Assembly: GCF_900110535.1 (NCBI RefSeq) | Contig: NZ_FOJA01000001.1 | Coordinates: forward strand, 1,561,393 to 1,585,392 | Origin: Halobacterium jilantaiense | GTDB taxonomy: Archaea; Halobacteriota; Halobacteria; Halobacteriales; Halobacteriaceae | DNA: 24,000 nucleotides | Direction of reading: 5' to 3' | Program-made: the position numbers and the translations under genes | Shown here: piece by piece, positions 7,819-16,172 of the stretch | Layout of the letters: every line of letters begins with the position of its first letter | How positions within the stretch are numbered: position 1 is the stretch's first letter | Notes under the pieces: model-generated | Told to the model about the DNA's origin: nothing | The model's database searches: none | The model's input: the letters and a program-made list of their open reading frames with translations, nothing else

Positions 7819-7841
7819 CATCTGGTTGTGAAGAACGTCCC

Positions 7842-8615
7842 ATGGGACAGACCACACCAAGCGACTGGAATCTCCGGCGATTCAACGCAGCCATGGGAGT
7901 TCTACACTTCCTCCAAGGGGCGGTGATGCTCTCCCTGAGTTCCTCGCGGCGGTGGACGGTCACCGCGACGCGTCTCGACTTCAACACGGAGAGCCAGCAA
8001 CTCGAACCCGTCATGGAGTCGATCGGGACAATCGAGTTGGCCTATCTGGCGGTCGCATTCCTGTTCATCTCTGCAATCGCTCACGCGCTGATTGCAACGG
8101 TTCTCTACGACCGCTACGTCTCCTATCTCAAGCAGGGTACGAACCCGTACCGGTGGTACGAGTACGCAGTCAGCGCCTCGATAATGGTTGTCCTGATTGC
8201 CATGCTCGCGGGCGTCTGGGACCTGGGCACGCTAATCGCCCTGTTCGGTCTCGTCGCGGTGATGAATCTCTGCGGACTGGTCATGGAGCGCCACAATCGG
8301 CTGACTACGGATACGGACTGGAGTTCGTTCGTCGTCGGTTCGGTCGCCGGTGTCGTCCCGTGGCTCGTCATCGCCGTCTCCATCATCGGCACGTTCGACG
8401 CCGGCGGCAGCCCACCGGACTTCGTGATTATCATCTACGTCTCGCTGTTCGTCCTGTTCAATCTCTTCGCGATTAACATGCTGTTGCAGTACCTCGAGGT
8501 CTGGAAGTGGCAGGACTACCTGTACGGTGAGCGCGCGTACATCGTGTTGAGCCTCGTGGCGAAGTCGCTGCTGGCCTGGCAGGTCTACTTCGGCGCGCTG
8601 AACTCACCAGTGTAG
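7842..8615 (+). CDS. Heliorhodopsin-family retinal protein (7 TM)
   Basis: 257 aa with ATG at 7842. A cgaaa + gataatat element (7806-7818) sits 24-36 nt upstream. These blocks match my recollection of heliorhodopsin 48C12: RFNAAMGVLHFLQ, NPYRWYEYAVSASIMVVLIA, VAGVVPW, LFNLFAINMLLQY and GERAYIVLSLVAKSLLAWQVYFGAL. Lys241 (aag 8562-8564) lies in the last TM segment and Glu107 (gag 8160-8162) in the third. Confidence 0.85.
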   Translation: MGQTTPSDWNLRRFNAAMGVLHFLQGAVMLSLSSSRRWTVTATRLDFNTESQQLEPVMESIGTIELAYLAVAFLFISAIAHALIATVLYDRYVSYLKQGTNPYRWYEYAVSASIMVVLIAMLAGVWDLGTLIALFGLVAVMNLCGLVMERHNRLTTDTDWSSFVVGSVAGVVPWLVIAVSIIGTFDAGGSPPDFVIIIYVSLFVLFNLFAINMLLQYLEVWKWQDYLYGERAYIVLSLVAKSLLAWQVYFGALNSPV

Positions 8616-8802
8616 CGTCCGCGACGCGAGCCGATAGCGGCGAGAGCGGTCGCTGACAGACGCCGATCTCTACTGGGCGTCACCGGACTCACAGCGAGCA
8701 CAATCGCACACGTGGCTCTCGAACGAACCGACGCACACTGCGTTCAGTTCCCTCCCGTCCCGCTGCCATCTGCTGGTTTCGGTTAGAATAATCGGCCACT
8801 GA

Positions 8803-8820
8803 CGCGAAGGCGTTTGAACC
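8803..8820 (-). repeat. Degenerate copy (16 of 18 nt) of the tRNA-Arg 3' part (T-arm plus 3' acceptor strand)
   Basis: cgcgaaggcgtttgaacc (8803-8820) compares with cgcgaagggatttgaacc in the tRNA gene (8908-8925), in the same orientation and 105 bp apart. The flanks do not fold into a tRNA. Confidence 0.5.
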
Positions 8821-8903
8821 GATCCGAGACTCGCTGCGCTCGTCTGGTCCGGCGGGAATCCATCCCGGTTTTCGTCGCTCCGCGTTGGCGTCGCGACAGA
8901 ACA

Positions 8904-8976
8904 CGGGCGCGAAGGGATTTGAACCCCTGACATCTTGGTCCGGAACCAAGTGCTCTGTCCGCTGAGCTACGCGCCC
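8904..8976 (-). tRNA. tRNA-Arg (anticodon CCG), 73 nt, no intron, CCA not encoded
   Basis: The reverse complement folds by hand into a full cloverleaf. The segments are GGGCGCG TA GCTC AGCGGACA GAGC A CTTGG TTCCGGA CCAAG ATGTC AGGGG TTCAAAT CCCTT CGCGCCC G. All stems pair, with one G-U in the T stem, and the T loop is TTCAAAT. Confidence 0.93.
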
Positions 8977-9002
8977 TCGGTGTCCAGTAGTGGGGTCTCG
9001 GG

Positions 9003-9007
9003 TATAA
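9003..9007 (-). promoter_or_regulatory. TATA-like element (TTATA on the minus strand) for tRNA-Arg
   Basis: tataa at 9003-9007 lies 27-31 nt upstream of the tRNA 5' end (8976). Confidence 0.4.
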
Positions 9008-9022
9008 CGGTTGTGAGTCGCG

Positions 9023-10483
9023 TCAGGCGGGGTCGGGCTGGTCGTCCTCGGGGGGCGTGTCGCTGTCGCCGTCGCTCTCGTCGTCGTCGGCGTCGACGAT
9101 TGTGTTCTTCCAGGTGCCCCGCGTGAACCAGAGCGCGGCGGCGATAGCGCCGACGATGTTCCCGAGCGCCATGCCGACCCAGATGCCGGTCGCGCCCCAG
9201 CCGAGGACGAACGCGAAGACGTAGACGGTGGGGACGCGGCCGAGCCAGAGCGCAATCATGGAGATGACCATCGAGGTCTTGGTGTTGCCGGCACCGCGGA
9301 ACGCGCCGAGCATCACTTGGAGAATCCCGACGAAGACGAACTCCACCGAGCGGATGCGGAGGTACGTCGTGCCGTAGTCGATAATTTCGGCGGCGTTCTC
9401 GCTGCCGGGCGCGAGGAACACCGAGACGATCGGTTCGGGGAAGACGGCGGCGACGATGGCGACGCCGAAGAGGACGGCGGCGGCGAACTTCGCGGCGAGC
9501 CAGACGGCGCGCTCGGCGCGTTCGGTGTTCTTGGCACCGAGGTTCTGGCCGACCATCGTGTTCGTCGCGCGGCCGAGCCCCATCGCTGGTAGGAACACCA
9601 GCGAGATGAGGCGGTTGCCGAGGCCGAACGCACCAACGACGGCCGGCGGGAAGCTCGCGACCATCGCGGTGAGCGTGATCATCGCGAGCGCGGTGGTGGA
9701 CTGCTCGGCGGCGCTCGGCGTGCCGACGCGGACGATGCGGGAGATCATCGAGAAGTCGGGGTAGAACTGCGAGAGTTCGATTTCGGGGCCGGCGTTCGTG
9801 TAGAAGAGGACGTAGACGCCGATAACGGCGGCGACGGCGCGCGCGAAGATGGTCGCGACGGCGGCACCTGCGATACCCATCTCGGGGAACGGCCCGTAGC
9901 CGAAGATGAGGAACGGGTCGAGGATGACGTTGATAGCGACGCTGACGAACATCACGATCATCGGCGTCCGGGTGTTGCCGTACCCCCGCATCAGCGAGGA
10001 GAACACGAAGAACCCGAACAGCGCGGGCATCCCGAGGAAGAAGACCTCCATGTACTCGGCGGCCTTCGGCACGACGAGTGCTGCGGTCTCGGGGTCGGCT
10101 GGCAGGAGCGCGAGCATGTCTCCGGTGACGAAGTGCCCGACGACGCCGAGGACAGCTGAGAGACTGACCACGAAGCCAAGCGTCTGAGCGGCGACCTTCC
10201 CCGCAGAGCCTTCGCTGTCGGCACCAGTGAACTGCGCGACGAGGATGGAGCCCGCGGTCGTGAAGCCGCCACCGACGGAGATGAGGAAGAACACGAGCGG
10301 GAACGCCAGCGAGATGGCGGCCACCGCGTTCCCGGAGAACTGGCCGAGCCAGAAGGTGTCGGCGAGGTTGTACGCGACCTGCAGCAACTGGATGACGACA
10401 ATCGGCCACGCCAACTCGACCATCGGCCCGAGGAGGTCCCCCTCGGTGATGGACGACGACGCAGAAGTAGAGGACTCGCTCAC
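9023..10483 (-). CDS. MATE-family efflux transporter
   Basis: 486 aa with about 12 hydrophobic segments. The N-terminal block ITEGDLLGPMVELAWPIVVIQLLQVAYNLADTFWLGQ is typical of MATE/NorM/DinF. The C-terminal tail is acidic. The start is a GTG at 10483, directly after an in-frame stop. A GTTTTGAA element (complement of 10510-10517) lies 27-34 nt upstream. The next ATG (10423) would remove the conserved N-terminal block. Confidence 0.85.
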   Translation of the reverse strand: MSESSTSASSSITEGDLLGPMVELAWPIVVIQLLQVAYNLADTFWLGQFSGNAVAAISLAFPLVFFLISVGGGFTTAGSILVAQFTGADSEGSAGKVAAQTLGFVVSLSAVLGVVGHFVTGDMLALLPADPETAALVVPKAAEYMEVFFLGMPALFGFFVFSSLMRGYGNTRTPMIVMFVSVAINVILDPFLIFGYGPFPEMGIAGAAVATIFARAVAAVIGVYVLFYTNAGPEIELSQFYPDFSMISRIVRVGTPSAAEQSTTALAMITLTAMVASFPPAVVGAFGLGNRLISLVFLPAMGLGRATNTMVGQNLGAKNTERAERAVWLAAKFAAAVLFGVAIVAAVFPEPIVSVFLAPGSENAAEIIDYGTTYLRIRSVEFVFVGILQVMLGAFRGAGNTKTSMVISMIALWLGRVPTVYVFAFVLGWGATGIWVGMALGNIVGAIAAALWFTRGTWKNTIVDADDDESDGDSDTPPEDDQPDPA

Positions 10484-10597
10484 TACGCAGTGCCAGGAGT
10501 CGAGGGTAGTTCAAAACTCCGGAACGCACAGAACCGGCAATCCGAGCGCCTTACCGGAAGAATAGCTGCCCGAGAGCGGACGGCGGCGGGCTCGCTG

Positions 10598-11176
10598 TCA
10601 GGGTGTCTCGTTCGTCTCCAGGGAGAACTCCGCCGTCGGGTGGGCCGTACACGTCAGCATGTAGCCCTCCTCGATCTCCGAGTCGCCCAGCGACTCGTTG
10701 TTCGAGTGACGGATGTACTCGCTGGCGTCCTCGCCGCTGGCGACGCGGCCCCCACAGGACACGCACTGGCCCTGGCGGCAGGCGTACGGGAGGTCCCAGC
10801 CCTCGTCCTCGCCGGCGTCCAGCAGCGTCTCGTTGTTCGCGACCTCGATGGTCTCGCCCTCGTTGACGAACTCGATCTCGTAGTACTCGACCTCGTCGTC
10901 CGCGATGTCGTCGGGGTCGAAGCCCTCGTCTTCCTCCTCGGAGTCCTCGAGTTCGCCCTCCGCGCCGCCCGCGACAGCGCCAGCGCCACCGCCGCCGCCG
11001 ATGGAGCGGTTGTACGGCTCCGGGAAGTCAGTCTCGGGCACCGTGGCGGCTCGCTGCTCGAGGACGTCGGCAGCGATGTCCTCCGGGGCGGGATTCGACG
11101 CCCCCTTCGCGAAGTGGAGGACGACGAACGTGAGCGCCGCCCCCAGGCCGATCGCGAGGCCCAGTGTGTTCACCAT
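10598..11176 (-). CDS. Plant-type [2Fe-2S] ferredoxin domain protein with an N-terminal transmembrane anchor and a Gly-rich/acidic linker
   Basis: 192 aa with ATG at 11176. The TM segment is LGLAIGLGAALTFVVLHF. The linker reads GGGGGAGAVAGGAEGELEDSEEEDEGFDPDD. The cluster motif is PYACRQGQCVSCGG (C-x4-C-x2-C) plus the distal MLTC. Confidence 0.85.
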   Translation of the reverse strand: MVNTLGLAIGLGAALTFVVLHFAKGASNPAPEDIAADVLEQRAATVPETDFPEPYNRSIGGGGGAGAVAGGAEGELEDSEEEDEGFDPDDIADDEVEYYEIEFVNEGETIEVANNETLLDAGEDEGWDLPYACRQGQCVSCGGRVASGEDASEYIRHSNNESLGDSEIEEGYMLTCTAHPTAEFSLETNETP

Positions 11177-11358
11177 GCGCGGCGGTACGGAAGCGCAGTT
11201 TAACAGTATTGTGATTGCGCGACGGCGCGGCTTCCTCGGTTTTGGCCGTTGAGATCGCTCAGAACGGATTATTGATTCCTCTACTGATAGAGAGCTGAGT
11301 TAGGTAGCCACCTAGAAACTGTGAAACCGCTCAACTCGGTGGAGCTAGCTCCGCCGAT

Positions 11359-12198
11359 CTACAGGTTGTTGTCTATATATGTCCGAATATCACTCCGGGT
11401 ACAGTCCGAAACAAATTCTGCTTGTTTGTCAGCGCTATCGGAAACAGCACCACAGTCAGCATACCACTCGTAGGAATTCCGGGCCAGCAGCGAGTATTTA
11501 TGCGTCCCGCCATTCTCCCTCGTAGTTGCATCATGATAGGTGGCGTTGTGGAGTGTTGCCAAGGCCCGGAATGCTGACCCGACGGCGAATGTCTCTTCGT
11601 AGAAACCGCCTGTGTCGTACGCTTTGGGCGCATCCTCGAAGAACGCCATGTCAACTATTGCTACCTTCCCACTGGAGCCTCCCGCAGTTCCCCAAACTGC
11701 ACTGCCATCGCCGCGTACCATATCGTTCCTGTCATTATAGTCCAGAATCAGGAACGCATCCCGCCCATCGTATTTGACCCAGTCCGAGTCCTCTTTCATG
11801 TGCGAGTCGATGTCCATCGCTCGCTCTTGCAGACCAGTACTATTCGTCGCACTCTCTCGGATTGGTTGAGACAGAGGCGCGCCCTGAATCTCGCGGCTGT
11901 ATTCGTTGCCATCTTCGATCTCGTCCGCCCAGATTTGCTTGACCCCCTCGGCAATAACGGTCGTCAGATAGTTCGGTTCAATTTTATCCCTGTTTTCCAG
12001 ACGATCGACTAGGTCGTTGTTCTCCGGATCCCAGTTGTTTTCCAATTGAGTTGTTCTATAGACAGGGATTCTATCCGCGTTAACGGCCTGGGCATTTGAA
12101 GACGCAAACACCGGAAGGGAACAGGCACCTCCGGCGAATGCGAGTGATCTGAGGACACTACGCCGGCTCACACCAGAACTGCCGGGGTTTTCCGACAT
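11359..12198 (-). CDS. Orphan secreted protein, probably a Tat-exported lipoprotein, function unknown
   Basis: The track start at 12225 is a TTG. ATG 12198 (cat at 12196-12198) gives MSENPGSSGVSRRSVLRSLAFAGGACS, with a twin-arginine motif and a lipobox-like GGAC. Codon usage is atypical, with many A/T-ending codons. Single 60-nt lines counted by hand give 43-57% GC. Confidence 0.7.
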   Translation of the reverse strand: MSENPGSSGVSRRSVLRSLAFAGGACSLPVFASSNAQAVNADRIPVYRTTQLENNWDPENNDLVDRLENRDKIEPNYLTTVIAEGVKQIWADEIEDGNEYSREIQGAPLSQPIRESATNSTGLQERAMDIDSHMKEDSDWVKYDGRDAFLILDYNDRNDMVRGDGSAVWGTAGGSSGKVAIVDMAFFEDAPKAYDTGGFYEETFAVGSAFRALATLHNATYHDATTRENGGTHKYSLLARNSYEWYADCGAVSDSADKQAEFVSDCTRSDIRTYIDNNL

Positions 12199-12225
12199 AT
12201 TTCCCCGTTTCAGACGGAGATACAA

Positions 12226-12348
12226 AACGTTTTTTGCTGTATTTAGTCAGCGGAATCTAATTTTTTCGTTAAGCAATTAAATTTTATTTATAAATAATTA
12301 CAATAAGCGAACTCTAGTCGTTGGCCTAAGCAGAAGGCTTTTTTCTCC
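12226..12348. other. Extremely AT-rich divergent intergenic region containing a 14-bp AT palindrome ttatttataaataa (12284-12297)
   Basis: Line 12241-12300 has 11 G+C of 60 by hand count. The region lies between the orphan lipoprotein gene (minus strand) and the DJ-1/PfpI gene (plus strand). Confidence 0.8.
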
Positions 12349-12366
12349 GTGCCGCAGCTGACGTAC

Positions 12367-12960
12367 ATGACCATCAAGATTGCAACCATCGTCTTTGAGG
12401 GGTTCGACGAGCTCGACGCAGTCGCGCCCTACGAGGTGTTCCAGACGGCCGCCGAGATGGGTGCCGACCTGGACGTGTCGATGCGCACGCTCGTGCCGGA
12501 CGAGGGTGTGACCGCACGCCACGGCCTGACCGTCGAGCCGGACGACGTGCTGCTCGGCACGCCCGACCTCGTCGTCGTCCCCGGTGGCGGGTGGAACGAC
12601 CGCGAATCCCGGGGTGTCTGGTCGGAGGTCGAGAACGGCACGCTCCCCGAGCGCCTCGACACGCTCCACGAGGGCGGCGCGACCATCGCTTCGGTCTGCA
12701 CGGGCGCGATGCTGCTCGCAGACGCCGGTCTGCTCGACGGCCGGCCCGCGACCACCCACGAGTCCGCGAAAGACGACCTGCGCGAGGACTACCCCGACGT
12801 GGACGTCCGCGACGACCGCTTCGTCGACGACGGCACGATTCTCACCGCGGGCGGCGTCACCGCCGGCATCGACCTCGCGCTCCACGTCGTCGAGCGCGAG
12901 TGCTCGCCGGGCATCGCCGAGCAGGTCGCCGACGAAATCGAGTACGACTCCGGGTACTGA
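12367..12960 (+). CDS. DJ-1/PfpI (ThiJ) family protein
   Basis: The track start at 12349 is a GTG. ATG 12367 gives MTIKIATIVFEGFDELDAVAPYEVF. The nucleophile-elbow motif is IASVCTGAMLLADAGLLDGRPATTH, followed by LTAGGVTAGIDLALHVV. Confidence 0.85.
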   Translation: MTIKIATIVFEGFDELDAVAPYEVFQTAAEMGADLDVSMRTLVPDEGVTARHGLTVEPDDVLLGTPDLVVVPGGGWNDRESRGVWSEVENGTLPERLDTLHEGGATIASVCTGAMLLADAGLLDGRPATTHESAKDDLREDYPDVDVRDDRFVDDGTILTAGGVTAGIDLALHVVERECSPGIAEQVADEIEYDSGY

Positions 12961-13029
12961 CCGCGGCTCCCGAGTCGCCTCGCGGCCCCTCGAACACCGC
13001 AGTGCTCCCTTCGCTCGCTCCGAGCCGCG

Positions 13030-13938
13030 CTACTCTTTTCGCGCCACGTCGTGTCTGCCGAATCCGTACCGCAGCCGGTTCGCCAGCCGCCGCGAGAACC
13101 GGCCCTCGCCGTCACCGCTCGCCCGCGAGCCGAAGCGCTCGGAGAGCGCCTGGTAGATGAGCGGCAGCGGGACCTCCTGTTCGAGGGACTCCTGAACGGT
13201 CCACGTGCCCGTGGAGCCGCCGGCCACGTGGTCGGCGACGTCGCCGAGGTCGCTGCCCTCCTCGCGGAACGCCTCCTCGCAGAGTTCGAGCAGCCACGAC
13301 CGGATGACCGCGCCGTTGTTCCAGGTGCGCGCGACGGCCTCCAGGTCGAGGTCGTAGCGGCCCTCGTGGAGCAGTTCGAAGCCCTCGCCGTAGGTCTGCA
13401 TGAGCGCGTACTCGACGCCGTTGTGGACCATCTTCACGTAGTGTCCGGAGCCCGCCGGCCCCATGCGGTCGTGGCCCGCGGGACCGGTCGCGACGGCGTC
13501 GAAGACGGGGATCAGTTCCTCGTACGCCCACTCCGGGCCGCCGACCATCAGCGAGAAGCCGTGTTCTGCCCCCGCGGGGCCGCCGGAGGTACCGCAGTCC
13601 AGGTAGGCCACGTCGTACTCGTCGGCGCGCCGCGTCGAGTCCTCGAAGTGGCTGTTTCCGCCGTCGACGACGATTGCATCGTCACCGAGTTCTGGGACGA
13701 GTTCGTCGAGCGCGGCGTCGACCGGGTCGCCCGCCGGCACCATCAGCCAGACGCGGGGGTCGTCGCCGAGTTCGGCGGCGAGGTCGGGGAGCGAGTCGAC
13801 CGCGGTCGCGCCGGCGTCCGCCGCGTCCGCGCGGGCGTCCGCGTCGATGTCGAACGCCACGACGTCGTGGCCGGCGTCGAGACACCGGTCGACGACGATG
13901 CGCCCCATGCGGCCGAGGCCGACAACTCCGAGTTCCAT
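13030..13938 (-). CDS. gnd: 6-phosphogluconate dehydrogenase, short (~300 aa) decarboxylating type
   Basis: 302 aa with ATG at 13938. The Rossmann motif is MELGVVGLGRMGRIVV. Other family motifs are VDGGNSHF, YLDCGTSGG and GSGHYVKMVHNGVEYALMQTYGEGFELL. Confidence 0.88.
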   Translation of the reverse strand: MELGVVGLGRMGRIVVDRCLDAGHDVVAFDIDADARADAADAGATAVDSLPDLAAELGDDPRVWLMVPAGDPVDAALDELVPELGDDAIVVDGGNSHFEDSTRRADEYDVAYLDCGTSGGPAGAEHGFSLMVGGPEWAYEELIPVFDAVATGPAGHDRMGPAGSGHYVKMVHNGVEYALMQTYGEGFELLHEGRYDLDLEAVARTWNNGAVIRSWLLELCEEAFREEGSDLGDVADHVAGGSTGTWTVQESLEQEVPLPLIYQALSERFGSRASGDGEGRFSRRLANRLRYGFGRHDVARKE

Positions 13939-13983
13939 ACCGAAGCCTCCCCGCGACGGAAGGTAGTAATTGCGATGCGGGCG

Positions 13984-15834
<1,851 letters not shown>

Positions 15835-15920
15835 TGCGAATCGAAACACTCGGTGGGCCGAAGTGGATTACGGAAGCGGCGACCGAAAGGCTGGCGTACC
15901 GGCTGCTCGATACCGCCGGT

Positions 15921-16172
15921 ATGCGCGTGACGGTTCCCGTACTCGTCGCCCTCCTCGCTGCGAACGACCTGTTGTTGCTGTGGCTGCTGGACGCCAGCAC
16001 CGCCGAGTCGTTGCTGTTGCTCGGCGCGACGTTCCTCCTCGTCCTCCCCGTCGTGCTCGTCGCGAGCGCGGTGGCCGGCGAGGACGCACCGTCCCGGACA
16101 GCCCTCGGTCGGGAGGTCGACGACCTCCGGCAGCGAGTCGCCCGTCTCGAAGACGAGCGCGACGACGGCTAG
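15921..16172 (+). CDS. Small hypothetical membrane protein (83 aa, two hydrophobic segments plus a charged C-terminal helix)
   Basis: The track start at 15834 is a TTG. ATG 15921 gives MRVTVPVLVALLAANDLLLLWLL...LLLLGATFLLVLPVVLVASAV...REVDDLRQRVARLEDERDDG. Third codon positions are GC-rich like the neighbours. Its stop overlaps the convergent ATPase stop within ctag (16169-16172). Confidence 0.5.
   Translation: MRVTVPVLVALLAANDLLLLWLLDASTAESLLLLGATFLLVLPVVLVASAVAGEDAPSRTALGREVDDLRQRVARLEDERDDG

Noticed and set aside
8781-8903. A possible second tRNA gene (or intron-containing tRNA) around the GGTTCAAAC T-loop-like sequence.
   Set aside because: I tried to fold it by hand. The putative T stem (ATCGG/GCCTT) does not pair, and no matching 5' acceptor strand exists. 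I treat it only as a degenerate fragment.
8670-8933. An 87-aa minus-strand ORF whose tail has a Cys-rich stretch (CVGSFESHVCDCARC), considered as a possible small zinc-finger protein.
   Set aside because: The ORF start lies inside the tRNA-Arg gene. No ATG precedes the Cys-rich part. The only nearby alternative start would give about 22 aa, and there is no CPxCG-type motif.
11301-11314. taggtagccaccta (TAGGT-N4-ACCTA), which resembles half of a DtxR iron box and the ABC-operon palindrome.
   Set aside because: The arms are only 5 bp. The spacing differs from the ttaggccggcctaa sites. It sits about 100 nt upstream of the ferredoxin TATA-like element. That is too weak to call.
12739-12746. GGCCGGCC octamers inside CDSs (12739, 21117, 21692, 22064), considered as a dispersed repeat family.
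   Set aside because: A GC-only palindromic octamer is expected to recur by chance at this GC content. Only the intergenic copies with A/T flanks are reported.
16169-16172. Convergent genes sharing overlapping stop codons within ctag.
   Set aside because: This is a trivial consequence of tight gene packing. No functional implication can be drawn.
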